Assembly: GCA_002383375.1 (NCBI GenBank)
Contig: DFYR01000040.1
Location: 5,522 to 69,521 of the forward strand
Reading direction: 5' to 3'
DNA: 64,000 bases
Origin: Spirochaetaceae bacterium UBA4077
GTDB lineage: Bacteria > Spirochaetota > Spirochaetia > Treponematales > Rectinemataceae
Positions 29,159-38,746 of this stretch are shown piece after piece (the first letter of the stretch is position 1; the number at the start of each line of letters is the position of its first letter). Position numbers and translations under genes: made by a program. The notes beneath the pieces were generated by a model that did not search any database, was not told the DNA's origin, and saw only the letters and a program-made list of their open reading frames with translations.

Positions 29159-29977
29159 ATGAGCGACACGACTCTGGACGGCCTCGCCGTACAGTTGCGT
29201 AGAGACATCCTGGAGATGCTCTACCGCTGCCAGTCGGGACATCCGGGAGGTTCCCTCTCGGTGCTGGAGATCCTCATGGCCCTTTACTACAAGACCATGA
29301 AGACTGATCCCTCCAATCCCCAATGGGAAGACAGGGACAGGCTGGTCCTTTCCAAGGGCCACGGCTGCCCGGCTCTCTACGCCATCCTGGCGAACAAGGG
29401 ATTCTATCCCAGGGAAGACCTCTGGAACCTGCGCCAGCTGGGAAGCCACCTGCAGGGACATCCCGACATGGCCAAGACCCCGGGCGTGGACGCCAACACC
29501 GGATCCCTCGGCCAGGGCGCTTCCATCGCCGTAGGCATGGCGCTGGCGGCCAAGTATAAAAAGGCTTCGTACAGGGTATTCGCCGTGCTGGGCGACGGGG
29601 AGCTCCAGGAAGGCCAGATCTGGGAAGCCGCCATGTCCGCCGCGCACTATAAGCTGGACAATCTGACCTTCATTCTCGACCACAACGGCCTGCAGATAGA
29701 CGGCTCCAACGACGAGGTCATGGGCCTGGGCAACGTGATGGACAAATTCGCGGCTTTCGGCTTCGAATGCTTCGACGTGGACGGCCACGATATCGATGCC
29801 ATCGCCGCGGCCCTGGCAGCGCCCGTTTCGGGCAAGCCCAGGTTCGTCCGCTGCCGCACGATAAAGGGCAGGGCTGTGTCCTTCATGGAAAATAACGCAG
29901 GCTGGCATGGCAAGCCCATGAACGCCCAGGAATTCGAAAGCGCCATGAAAGAACTAGGGGGTAAGCAGAATGGCTGA
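29159..29977 (+). CDS. transketolase, N-terminal (ThDP-binding) subunit
   Basis: Split-transketolase N-terminal half with GDGELQEGQIWEA. AAAGGAG lies before the ATG at 29159; the track GTG at 29135 is probably too early. Confidence 0.9.
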   Translation: MSDTTLDGLAVQLRRDILEMLYRCQSGHPGGSLSVLEILMALYYKTMKTDPSNPQWEDRDRLVLSKGHGCPALYAILANKGFYPREDLWNLRQLGSHLQGHPDMAKTPGVDANTGSLGQGASIAVGMALAAKYKKASYRVFAVLGDGELQEGQIWEAAMSAAHYKLDNLTFILDHNGLQIDGSNDEVMGLGNVMDKFAAFGFECFDVDGHDIDAIAAALAAPVSGKPRFVRCRTIKGRAVSFMENNAGWHGKPMNAQEFESAMKELGGKQNG

Positions 29978-30911
29978 ATCCAAATCCCTGCGCGTGGCCT
30001 ACGGCGAAGCCCTGGCCGAACTGGGCGCCGTCAATGACAAGGTAGTGGTGCTGGACGCCGACCTGGCCCATGCCACCATGACAAGTCTCTTCCAGGCCAA
30101 GCATCCGGAGCGCTTTTTCAACTTCGGCCTGGCCGAGGCCAACATGATGGGGGCGGCGGCAGGCATGTCCCACTCGGGGCTCATTCCCTTCGTCTCCACC
30201 TTCGCCCTCTTCGGAACCGGACGGGCTTACGAGCAGATCCGCAATTCCATAGCCTACGTGAACGCCAATGTGAAGTTCGGCCTCTCCCATTCGGGCCTTT
30301 CGGTGGGCGAGGACGGGGGCAGCCACCAGAGCGTGGAGGACATAGCCCTCATGAGGGTGGTGCCCAACATGACCATCTTCGTGCCCTGCGACTCCGCCGA
30401 AACCCGGAAGGCGGTCTTCGCCGCCGCCGAGATCGACGGTCCCGTCTACATCAGGGTCGCCCGGCCCGTGGTGGAGACTTTTACCGGCCCCGATACCCCC
30501 TTCTTCCCCGGCAAGGCGAACCTGCTGAGGGAAGGGCGGGATGTCTGCATCGTGGCAACGGGGCTCATGGTCAAGGAAGCCCTGACGGCGGCCGGGAGCC
30601 TGGCGGGGAAGGGCATCAGGGCGGCGGTACTCAACGTCCATACGATAAAGCCCTTCGACTCGGAGACCGTACTAGCCGCCGCGAATCGCTGCGACGCCGT
30701 GGTGAGCGTGGAGGAGCATTCGGTCATCGGCGGCCTAGGATCTGCTGTAGCAGAGACCCTTGCCGGCCAGTCGGCCGCCACGTTCCGCCGCCTGGGCATA
30801 CAGGACCGATTCGGCCAGTCGGGCAAGCCGGCTGATCTCTTCAAAGCCTACGGCCTCACGCCTGCCCATATCGAGGAAGCTTGCCTGAAGCTGTTGGGTA
30901 AGAACATCTAG
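29970..30911 (+). CDS. transketolase, C-terminal (pyrimidine-binding) subunit
   Basis: Split-transketolase C-terminal half (FNFGLAEANMMG...). It overlaps the N-subunit gene by 8 nt. Confidence 0.9.
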   Translation: MAESKSLRVAYGEALAELGAVNDKVVVLDADLAHATMTSLFQAKHPERFFNFGLAEANMMGAAAGMSHSGLIPFVSTFALFGTGRAYEQIRNSIAYVNANVKFGLSHSGLSVGEDGGSHQSVEDIALMRVVPNMTIFVPCDSAETRKAVFAAAEIDGPVYIRVARPVVETFTGPDTPFFPGKANLLREGRDVCIVATGLMVKEALTAAGSLAGKGIRAAVLNVHTIKPFDSETVLAAANRCDAVVSVEEHSVIGGLGSAVAETLAGQSAATFRRLGIQDRFGQSGKPADLFKAYGLTPAHIEEACLKLLGKNI

Positions 30912-31093
30912 TTAGAGCGGCGCGGGCCGGCGATTCACGGGATAGATCTTGCGGACCGCCGGCCAGAGCGGTATATCTGCGGCGGTCGGTAAATGCCGAA
31001 AATGGCGTGCCAGCCGAACGCGGCGCAATTAAGCGACGGCGATCGTCCTGGGCAGGGGAGGCGAAGACAGTCCGCCGTAAAAAGGAAGTAATT

Positions 31094-31498
31094 ATGGAAA
31101 TCCAAAAATTCGAGTATAAGGGCGAAGGCCTTGTCAGGGTCTACGAAAACGCCAAATGGATGGTGGGCATAAAGAACTGGAAGCCCGCCAACGACATAAC
31201 GGGAATCGATTGCCTGGAGCGGCACAACGAAACCGACGAGCTCTTCATCCTCCTGGCGGGAAGCTGCACGCTTTTGTCCGCCGAGGAGAGTCGTGACGGC
31301 CTTGTCATCAAGGCGACTAAAATGGAGCCCATGAAGGTCTACAACATACCCCGGGGCCTGTGGCACAATACGGTGACTACCAAAGAGGTTAAACTCATCT
31401 TGGTGGAGGACTCTGCCACGGGGGCGGCGAACAGCGAGGTGCTGCCGCTGAAGCCCGAACAGCTGGCGGCGGTTAAAGACCTAGTCGCCAGGGGCTAA
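31094..31498 (+). CDS. cupin-fold protein
   Basis: About 134 aa with a beta-rich pattern (ERHNETDELFILLAGSCTLL ... VYNIPRGLWHN) consistent with a cupin barrel. AAGGAAG lies before the ATG at 31094. Function unknown. Confidence 0.6.
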   Translation: MEIQKFEYKGEGLVRVYENAKWMVGIKNWKPANDITGIDCLERHNETDELFILLAGSCTLLSAEESRDGLVIKATKMEPMKVYNIPRGLWHNTVTTKEVKLILVEDSATGAANSEVLPLKPEQLAAVKDLVARG

Positions 31499-31528
31499 AG
31501 CTTGATCGATTATGATGCGTGAAAAATC

Positions 31529-32470
31529 ATGAAAACCAGCGAAGTATTCAGTCCTCGAAGATCGCGCATAGTCGAAACGAAGATGCCTGAGATCGGTATC
31601 AACGATGTGGAGATCAAAGTAAGGGCTTGCGGGATATGCGGATCCGAGTACTTTGCCTGGGACAAGGCGGAAAACGCGCCCCTGCGGCTCGGGCACGAGG
31701 CGGCAGGAGAAGTGACAGGAATCGGCGCTGGGGTGTCGGGCATCGCGATTGGAGACACGGTGACAGGTCTTTTCAGGCGTGGTTTTTCAGAATTCGCCGT
31801 AGCCGACGCCGCGGCTGTCATGAAATATCCGGAGTCGCTGGATTTCGATAAAGCATCCCTCGGTGAGCCGATTGCCTGCGTGGTGAGCGGAGCCCTGCGC
31901 ACCGATGTAGGTCTTGGAAAGACGATAGTTGTTATCGGCCTTGGCTTTATGGGGCTTCTCGCGCTTCAGCTCATGAAGCTCAGAGGCGCGTACCACCTCA
32001 TTGCCATCGATACGCGCAAGGAAACCGAGACGCTTGCCAGATTCTGCGGCGCCGACGAATTTATGCTTGCTGGGGATGTTCCTAAGGAGGATCTTCTTAG
32101 CGACAGTACTGGTAATGGCGGCGTCGACATCGTAGTCGAGTGTACTGGAAACGCTCAGGCGCTGGATCTCGCTATATTGATGCTCAATCGTCATTCGATT
32201 CTTTCTATCGTTGGATACCATCAAGGCGGCCCGCGCTGCGTCGATCTCCAGATGCTGAACTGGAAAGCCGTTGAAATCATCAACGCCCACGAAAAGCGGA
32301 TCGATCACACGATGCGTTGCATGAAGATAGGCTTGGATCTTGTGGCTAAAGGGCAGCTAGAAGTGGAAAAGCTCATGACGCATTACTATGGTATGCATAC
32401 TATAGATACGGCATTCGAAGACTTTGGGAACAAGCCGGACGGCTACGTCAAGGGGATCGTGAGGATGTAA
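31529..32470 (+). CDS. zinc-dependent alcohol/polyol dehydrogenase (MDR family)
   Basis: CGICGSEY and GHEAAGEV zinc-ligand blocks, plus the Rossmann motif VIGLGFMG. Confidence 0.85.
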   Translation: MKTSEVFSPRRSRIVETKMPEIGINDVEIKVRACGICGSEYFAWDKAENAPLRLGHEAAGEVTGIGAGVSGIAIGDTVTGLFRRGFSEFAVADAAAVMKYPESLDFDKASLGEPIACVVSGALRTDVGLGKTIVVIGLGFMGLLALQLMKLRGAYHLIAIDTRKETETLARFCGADEFMLAGDVPKEDLLSDSTGNGGVDIVVECTGNAQALDLAILMLNRHSILSIVGYHQGGPRCVDLQMLNWKAVEIINAHEKRIDHTMRCMKIGLDLVAKGQLEVEKLMTHYYGMHTIDTAFEDFGNKPDGYVKGIVRM

Positions 32471-32494
32471 TTTCCCGGCCGAGGAGGGCTGCAC

Positions 32495-33607
32495 ATGAAG
32501 CGGATACGCGCCGGCATAATCGGCGTCGGAAATATCGGCAACGCCCACATTGAAGCCATCCATAGGCTTGGATATGCGGATGTAGCTGCGATATGCGTAC
32601 GAGACGAAGCCAGGGCGAAAGAACTCTGCGATTTTTATGGAATACCGAAGTACTTTACCGAGTACAGTGGAATGCTTGATGATCCGGACATCGACGTTGT
32701 GCACAACTGCACGCCCAATACCGCCCATTTCCAAATCAATAAAGACTGCATCATCGCGGGAAAGCACATACTTTCTGAAAAGCCGCTTACGGTCTATTCC
32801 AGCGAGTCTGGAAAACTGCTTGAGCTTTTAAAGTCGCACAACGTACAAAATTCGATCAATTTCGTATATCGCCATTATTCTCTTGTGCAGCATGCCAAAG
32901 GAATGATAGAGAACGGAGAGTTGGGCGACATTTACTCTATTCATGGGGCTTACCTCCAGGACTGGCTACTCCATGACAGCGATTACAACTGGAGGATCGA
33001 CGCAAGACTGGGCGGTCCCTCAAGGGCGATGGCCGACATAGGTTCTCACTGGTGCGATCTTGCCCAGTTTTTGCTGGGACAGAATATTTTGGAAGTCTGC
33101 GCCGATATGGCCACCTTCGTTCCATTCAGAATTGACGGATCGCCTGGGTCAGTCCAGGGCAAGCGCGTAGCGGTGGAGACCGAAGATTATGCAAGCGCGC
33201 TTCTTCGCTTTACCGGCGGCGCGCGGGGCAGTTTTACCGTTTCCCAGGTAAGCGCCGGATCGAAAATCGGGCTTTCTTTTGACATTGACGGGAGCAAGGC
33301 TTCCGTACATTGGGAGCATGGACAGGCTGACCGCTTATGGATAGGCCATCGCGATAGCCCAAACGAGGAGCTTCCCCTGCATCCGGACCTGCTCAACGAG
33401 AGCGGTAAGGACAGCACTCCTCATGGCAGAAAAAGCGAGCGCTGGCCCGATGCCCAAAAGAACATGATAGACAGCTTTTACCGGACTATTCTGCAGGGCG
33501 AAAAACCGCGCTATGCTGACTTCTCCGAGGGGCATAAAATAACGAAGGTCGTGGAAGCCGTTGTAGAGAGTTATCGCTCGGGTCGCTGGGAAAAAGTAGG
33601 CGCTTGA
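32495..33607 (+). CDS. Gfo/Idh/MocA-family oxidoreductase
   Basis: N-terminal Rossmann GIIGVGNIGNAH and the EKPL motif (LSEKPLT). Confidence 0.9.
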   Translation: MKRIRAGIIGVGNIGNAHIEAIHRLGYADVAAICVRDEARAKELCDFYGIPKYFTEYSGMLDDPDIDVVHNCTPNTAHFQINKDCIIAGKHILSEKPLTVYSSESGKLLELLKSHNVQNSINFVYRHYSLVQHAKGMIENGELGDIYSIHGAYLQDWLLHDSDYNWRIDARLGGPSRAMADIGSHWCDLAQFLLGQNILEVCADMATFVPFRIDGSPGSVQGKRVAVETEDYASALLRFTGGARGSFTVSQVSAGSKIGLSFDIDGSKASVHWEHGQADRLWIGHRDSPNEELPLHPDLLNESGKDSTPHGRKSERWPDAQKNMIDSFYRTILQGEKPRYADFSEGHKITKVVEAVVESYRSGRWEKVGA

Positions 33608-33628
33608 GCAGTCATAGCCTGCTCAAGC
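33602..33628 (+). terminator. hairpin overlapping the Gfo/Idh/MocA stop codon
   Basis: GCTTGAGCAG (33602-33611), 7-nt loop, CTGCTCAAGC (33619-33628), then TTAAAGC. Perfect 10-bp stem but a weak U-tract. It lies in a convergent gap. Confidence 0.45.
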
Positions 33629-33745
33629 TTAAAGCTCCGAAACAGGCGTCCTTTGTCGGCTTTAAGAGATCGCACAACGCTTTTAATTTTCAGGCGCAAC
33701 AATGGTTGAAAGCAACAACGAACAGCGTGGTGCCTTGTTAAAGTA

Positions 33746-34855
33746 TCAAGCCGTGCGCTGCTGATACTCTTCCTGCGCAAGCGCGAGGACGCCCTTGGCA
33801 TAAGCCAGCTCAGCGTTCAGCACCGAGGCACCAGCAGCCCCCCGTTCGGCGTTGTGTCCCAGGGCGATGAACTTAATGCCCAGAATTGGGCAGGGCCTGA
33901 CCCTTCCCACGGTTATTCTCATGCCGCCGTCGACCTCAGCATCCTTTCGGGGCTGGGGCCTGTCCGGCTCGGCGGATACGGCCAGGAAACGCTCCGGCGC
34001 CGAGGGAAGGCAGAGCCCGGCGGTGCCCGGTTCGAAGTAGTCCATGGCGGCTACTACATCTTTTACAGAGGGATTGCCCTTAAGCTTGACCGATATGGCG
34101 ATGGTATGCCCATCGATGACCGGCACCCTTGTGCAGGTCGCCGAGACGACGAAGCGCGAAGGCGTCAGGGAAGCGGATAAACCTGAACCCAGAAGCCTGC
34201 CCAGGATTTTTCGGGGCTCAGCTTCGACCTTGAGCTCTTCTTTTTTGATATGCGGGATCACGTTACCCTGAATATCCATGGCGCTCACTCCCGGGTAGCC
34301 GGCGCCGGAAATAGCCTGCATGCTGGTGGCCATGACCGCCTCGATGCCGAAGACTCTGTCCAGAGGCGCCAGGGGACTGGCGAGCATGACTGTGGTGCAG
34401 TTAGGGTTGGTAACGATGGCACCCTTCCATCCTCGCTGGGCTTGTTGACGTTCCAGAATGCCGAGGTGCCCAGGATTGATCTCTGGTATCAGGAGAGGAA
34501 TATCCTCATCCATGCGGTAGGCCGAAGCATTAGAAAAGACGAAAGCACCGCTCCTGGCGTAAGCGGCTTCGATCGAGACCGCCACATCGGCATCCAGGGC
34601 TGAGAAAACCAGGGGAGCCGGCGCCGAATCGGGAGTACAGGTGGTCACTACCATATCGCCGTAACCGGCGAAAGGCTCACCGCCCAGGTGCCAGAGGCAG
34701 GCGTCTTTGTACTTTTTACCTGCCGAACGATCACTGGCGGCCAAATAAGCGATCTCAAAAAAAGGATGATCTGCCAGCCGCCTCAAGAAGCGCTGTCCCA
34801 CGACACCGGTGGCGCCTAGAATGGCCACTGGGATTTTTCGTCTGCCTGTTGTCAT
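33746..34855 (-). CDS. asd: aspartate-semialdehyde dehydrogenase
   Basis: ILGATGVVGQR NADP site and catalytic-Cys block IVTNPNCTT, at about 369 aa. It is preceded by a lysine riboswitch. Confidence 0.9.
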   Translation of the reverse strand: MTTGRRKIPVAILGATGVVGQRFLRRLADHPFFEIAYLAASDRSAGKKYKDACLWHLGGEPFAGYGDMVVTTCTPDSAPAPLVFSALDADVAVSIEAAYARSGAFVFSNASAYRMDEDIPLLIPEINPGHLGILERQQAQRGWKGAIVTNPNCTTVMLASPLAPLDRVFGIEAVMATSMQAISGAGYPGVSAMDIQGNVIPHIKKEELKVEAEPRKILGRLLGSGLSASLTPSRFVVSATCTRVPVIDGHTIAISVKLKGNPSVKDVVAAMDYFEPGTAGLCLPSAPERFLAVSAEPDRPQPRKDAEVDGGMRITVGRVRPCPILGIKFIALGHNAERGAAGASVLNAELAYAKGVLALAQEEYQQRTA

Positions 34856-34974
34856 GTCCGTCTCCTTATGCTACGGAGACCAAGGTTGGAAGCTTCGAGC
34901 TGAATCCCTTGAAAGCGTCTGGGGAAGACGTTGAATACAGCCGGTATTCCGGGGGATGCTGCGGAAGTCACGTA

Positions 34975-35152
34975 CCTTAGGCTCTCCGCGAGGTTGTGAG
35001 CCTCGCGACAGCCGCCGGGTATTAGCCCGGTCGTCCAAGAACGGGGGCCTGGGTAAGCCCTCGATCCTTCGGCGATCCTCCCCTTTCCCGCAGCATCGTC
35101 GGGACCCAGCCCTTCACTGTGGTACTCTTGGGGATCGCTCCTCCATCGGTTT
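34975..35152 (-). promoter_or_regulatory. lysine riboswitch (L-box) aptamer in the asd leader
   Basis: Read on the minus strand: GGAGGAGCG...CAAGAGTA...GGGAAAGGGGAGGATCGCCGAAGG...CCGGGCTAATACCCGG...GGCTGTCGCGAGGCTCACAACCTCGCGGAGAGCC. The block order and conserved strings match the B. subtilis lysC and T. maritima asd L-box leaders as I remember them. Confidence 0.8.
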
Positions 35153-35287
35153 TGGCGAAAATAGCACATCCTTGAGGGCAGTGCAAGCGTTTTGCCCAGG
35201 GAATATCATATATTTATTGAATTAACCGCCTCAAAGCCCGCGAAGGGCGGCCTGCCATGCGTGCGCCATAACGGGCTTGATTCTAGA

Positions 35288-35911
35288 TCACTGAATAAAA
35301 TTCGTCTTGATCTGGGCTTCGAGAGCGGGCTTGGCAAGGCCTGCTTTACTGCCGGCTTCCAGCGATTTAAGAACCCATGCCATGTTGAGCCCCAAGGTAC
35401 GCATGGTCTGGGTGCCTTCCAGGTCGCGGAGCACTTCTTCGGGCTTGTTGCCGTGCACCATGTTCCAGTACTGGGAGCCTACGACGAGCATGCTGCTGAT
35501 GAGAAAGTATTTGTTGAGCTGATCCAGGGTCGCGGTCGCCCCGCCGCGCCTGCAGCTCACCACGGCGGCCGCCGGCTTGTGCTTGAAGGGGGCGCTCCCT
35601 GCCCTGAACAGCCTGTCCATAAGGGAGGTGATCTGCCCCGATGCGGAGGAATAATACACGGGAGAGCCGAAGACGAAGGCATCGGCGGTCTTGGCTTTTT
35701 CGATCAGCTCGTTGACCGGGTCGTCCTCGTACACGCAGCGCTTGAGCTCTGCGCATTTGCCGCAGGCCACGCAGCCGCGGACGGTCTTGGACCCGATATT
35801 GACTACTTCGGTTTCGATGCCTTCTTTTTCAAGGCTCTTGGCAACTTCGGCCAAAGCGGTTCTTGTGCAGCCCTGAGTGTGAGGGCTTCCGTTGATCATT
35901 AGTACTTTCAT
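35288..35911 (-). CDS. iron-sulfur flavoprotein / NADPH-dependent FMN reductase-fold protein
   Basis: MKVLMINGSPH flavodoxin-like start and a compact Cys cluster CVACGKCAELKRC (CX2CX2CX5C), as in Isf proteins. Confidence 0.8.
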   Translation of the reverse strand: MKVLMINGSPHTQGCTRTALAEVAKSLEKEGIETEVVNIGSKTVRGCVACGKCAELKRCVYEDDPVNELIEKAKTADAFVFGSPVYYSSASGQITSLMDRLFRAGSAPFKHKPAAAVVSCRRGGATATLDQLNKYFLISSMLVVGSQYWNMVHGNKPEEVLRDLEGTQTMRTLGLNMAWVLKSLEAGSKAGLAKPALEAQIKTNFIQ

Positions 35912-36159
35912 TGGATGATTGTACCCGGCTCCATCGCTTTTGTTCAATTAGAAGGTATTCGCGCTGAAATATATGGAAAAATCGATGATATATGGTAAAT
36001 TCAAGCTTCGTTTTACTATACTTTCAATAGCGACGATTGTTTCGAGCTCGGACCAAGGATGTTTTTCTCAGGCTTCGAGGAATGGATAGTCCCGGGAATA
36101 GTAGGCTATCGATTCAAAAAGACTGAAAGGTGACGAAAAATCGCGAGGGAGGAAAATCC

Positions 36160-37347
36160 ATGAAAAAACACCTGAAAGGCAACGTGTACTGGGTGGGCAA
36201 GATCGATTGGGAGCTCAAGAAGTTCCACGGCGAGGAATACTCGACCCACAAAGGTTCGAGCTACAATTCCTACGTTGTCCAGGAAGAGAAAACAGTACTC
36301 GTGGATACGGTATGGCTTCCCTTCGCCAAGGAGTTCGTGGACAATCTGGAGGCCGAGGGAATTCTCGACAAGCTGGACGCTGTCGTGCAGAACCATGGTG
36401 AAGTGGACCATTCGGGCGCCCTGCCCGAATTGCTGCGCCGCCGGCCGGACCTGCCAATATACTGCACTGCCAACGCGGTGAAGTCTCTCAAGGGCCAGTA
36501 CCACGAAGACTGGAACTTCAAGGTGGTGAAGACCGGGGATTCGCTGGATCTGGGCAATGGCAGGAAGTTCGTCTTCGTGGATGCGCGGATGCTCCACTGG
36601 CCCGACTCCATGTTTTCCTACCTCGCCGGCGAAGCCATCCTCTTCTCCAACGACGCCTTCGGCCAGCACTACGCCTCCGAGCTTCTCTTCAACGATCTGG
36701 TGGACCAGGACGAGCTCTACGACGAATGCATCAAGTACTACGCCAACATCCTCACCCCCTTCAGCCCCCTGGTCACGGCCAAGATCAACGAAGTGGTCGG
36801 CCTGAACCTTCCCGTGGACATGATCGCCACCAGCCACGGAATTGTATGGCGCAAGGATCCGCTGCAGATCGTCACAAAGTACGCTGAATGGGCCAAGGAG
36901 TATAAGGAAGACCGCATCACCATCATCTACGACTCCATGTGGGGCGGTACCAGGAAACTGGCGGAAGGCATCGCCAAGGGCATAGTCGAAGCCTCGCCCT
37001 CCACCGAGGTCAGGCTCCACAACGTGGGCAAATCGGACAAGAACGACGCCATCACCGACGTATTCCGCTCCCGGGCTATCCTCGTAGGCTCGCCGACCAT
37101 CGGCCAGGGAATTCTCTCTGCGGTGGCCGGTATTCTGGAGGAAATCAAGGGCCTGAAATTTAAGGGCAAGAAGGCTGGCGTCTTCGGCTGCTACGGCTGG
37201 TCCGGCGAAGGCAACAAGGTCCTGGCAGAAAACCTCAAGGCCAGCGGCTTCGAGCCGGTGGGCGAAGGGCTTAAAAACCAGTGGAACCCCGACGATGCCG
37301 GCTTCGCCGCGGCGGTAGAATTTGGGAAGAAGATAGCCAAGGCTTAA
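36160..37347 (+). CDS. flavodiiron protein (FprA/ROO type O2/NO reductase)
   Basis: MBL-like di-iron motif HGEVDH and a C-terminal flavodoxin domain. GGGAGG RBS before the ATG at 36160. Confidence 0.9.
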   Translation: MKKHLKGNVYWVGKIDWELKKFHGEEYSTHKGSSYNSYVVQEEKTVLVDTVWLPFAKEFVDNLEAEGILDKLDAVVQNHGEVDHSGALPELLRRRPDLPIYCTANAVKSLKGQYHEDWNFKVVKTGDSLDLGNGRKFVFVDARMLHWPDSMFSYLAGEAILFSNDAFGQHYASELLFNDLVDQDELYDECIKYYANILTPFSPLVTAKINEVVGLNLPVDMIATSHGIVWRKDPLQIVTKYAEWAKEYKEDRITIIYDSMWGGTRKLAEGIAKGIVEASPSTEVRLHNVGKSDKNDAITDVFRSRAILVGSPTIGQGILSAVAGILEEIKGLKFKGKKAGVFGCYGWSGEGNKVLAENLKASGFEPVGEGLKNQWNPDDAGFAAAVEFGKKIAKA

Positions 37348-37434
37348 ACCGCGGGGCGGGCGACCTGCAGGGCGAGCGGCCTACCGGGCGGACGGCTTAC
37401 GTGACAAGCGGCTTGTGGGGCGGGCAGCCCGTAT

Positions 37435-38046
37435 TTAACGGGCTCCACCCTGTCCGAATAGTCGATCGAGCGTCTTCTCATAGGCCTCGTACCCGAGAAA
37501 GTCGTAGAGTTCCGCTCTGGTCTGCATTAAGTCGATGACGCGTTCCTGGCTCCCCTCCTGGCGGATCGCCCGCATTACCTCCAAAGCCGCGCGCTGCATG
37601 GCGCGGGTGGCCGAGAGGGGGTAGAGAAGCATGGCGACGCCCTGCTCGCGCAGCTGATCCCTGGTAAAGCAGGGCGTGGCGCCGAATTCGGTCATGTTGG
37701 CGAGCACGGGGGCCTTCACTGCCTCGCAGACCTTTCCGTACATCTCCAAATCCGTCATGGCTTCGGCGAATATAGTGTCGGCCCCCGCTTCGACATAGGC
37801 ACAGGCGCGATCTATCACCCCCGAGAGACCCTCGCTCTGCAGCGCATCCGTACGGGCCATGAGCACAAAACCGGGATCGGTCTTGGCGTCGGCCGCCGCC
37901 TTAACCCGGTCGACCATCTCGCCTGCGGATACAATTGCCTTGTTAGGACGGTGACCGCAGCGTTTCTGCGCTACCTGGTCTTCGATATGGACCGCCGCCG
38001 CCCCGGCGGCTGCGCTGACCTTCTCGCGCTCGCAGTGTTCCTCCAT
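37435..38046 (-). pseudogene. 5'-truncated methylisocitrate lyase / PEP-mutase family gene (PrpB-like relic)
   Basis: The ORF starts in the middle of the family alignment ([28 protein letters not shown]...[14 protein letters not shown]...). The frame is open only back to about 38166, with no usable start. The expected Asp-rich metal block reads [10 protein letters not shown]. Confidence 0.6.
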
Positions 38047-38232
38047 CTGCTTTCCACGGCCTGCGGCGGCAAAGACAGGGATTTGCCTTAGATATAAACG
38101 CGGAAAAAGGCCGAACGATGCCAGGCACTCTTCAATAGCGCTCCAGTCCCTGTAACGGCTTAGCCAGTTTTAGGACTTGCCTCGCCACTATCGACCTTGC
38201 CCCAACGATTGCACTCCCCCATAATCAGAGCC

Positions 38233-38667
38233 ATGACAGAACAGAACCCATATTTCCACAAGACCCAGTACTACGAAACCGACCAGATGGGCATCGTCCA
38301 CCATTCGAATTTTATACGTTGGTTTGAGGAAGCGCGAACCGATCTTCTCGAGCGCGCCGGCTTGAGCTACGACCAAATGGAGAAGCTGGACATAATCGTT
38401 CCGGTGCTCGCTGCTTCCTGCGAGTACAAAACGAGCGTCCGCTACGGGGAAACCGTCGCAATAATCGCAACGGTCGAATCGTATACAGGTTTACGGTTAA
38501 CCATTTCGTATCGCGTGATCGACTCAGCCTCAGGCCAGCTGCGGGCGACCGGCGAAACGCGGCACGCCTTCCTGGATCGTAATTTTAAGCCTTCGCCCCT
38601 GCAGAGAAACCATCCGGAGGTAGACAGATTCATGAGGATTCTCGCACACAGCACAAGCCCGAAATAA
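38233..38667 (+). CDS. acyl-CoA thioesterase (4HBT/YbgC hot-dog family)
   Basis: YYETDQMGIVHHSNFIRWFEEAR is typical of YbgC-like thioesterases. I prefer the ATG at 38233. Confidence 0.8.
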   Translation: MTEQNPYFHKTQYYETDQMGIVHHSNFIRWFEEARTDLLERAGLSYDQMEKLDIIVPVLAASCEYKTSVRYGETVAIIATVESYTGLRLTISYRVIDSASGQLRATGETRHAFLDRNFKPSPLQRNHPEVDRFMRILAHSTSPK

Positions 38668-38746
38668 TCACTGTGAGCAATGCTGCTTCTGAAGCTTTTC
38701 GCTACACGCTTCGATGCAGTACTTTAATTTTTGAAAGGAGTTCGTC

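Noticed and set aside
37426-37444. 7-bp hairpin AGCCCGT/ACGGGCT at the convergent FDP / PrpB-like junction as a bidirectional terminator
   Set aside because: The stem is short and there is no U-tract on either strand.
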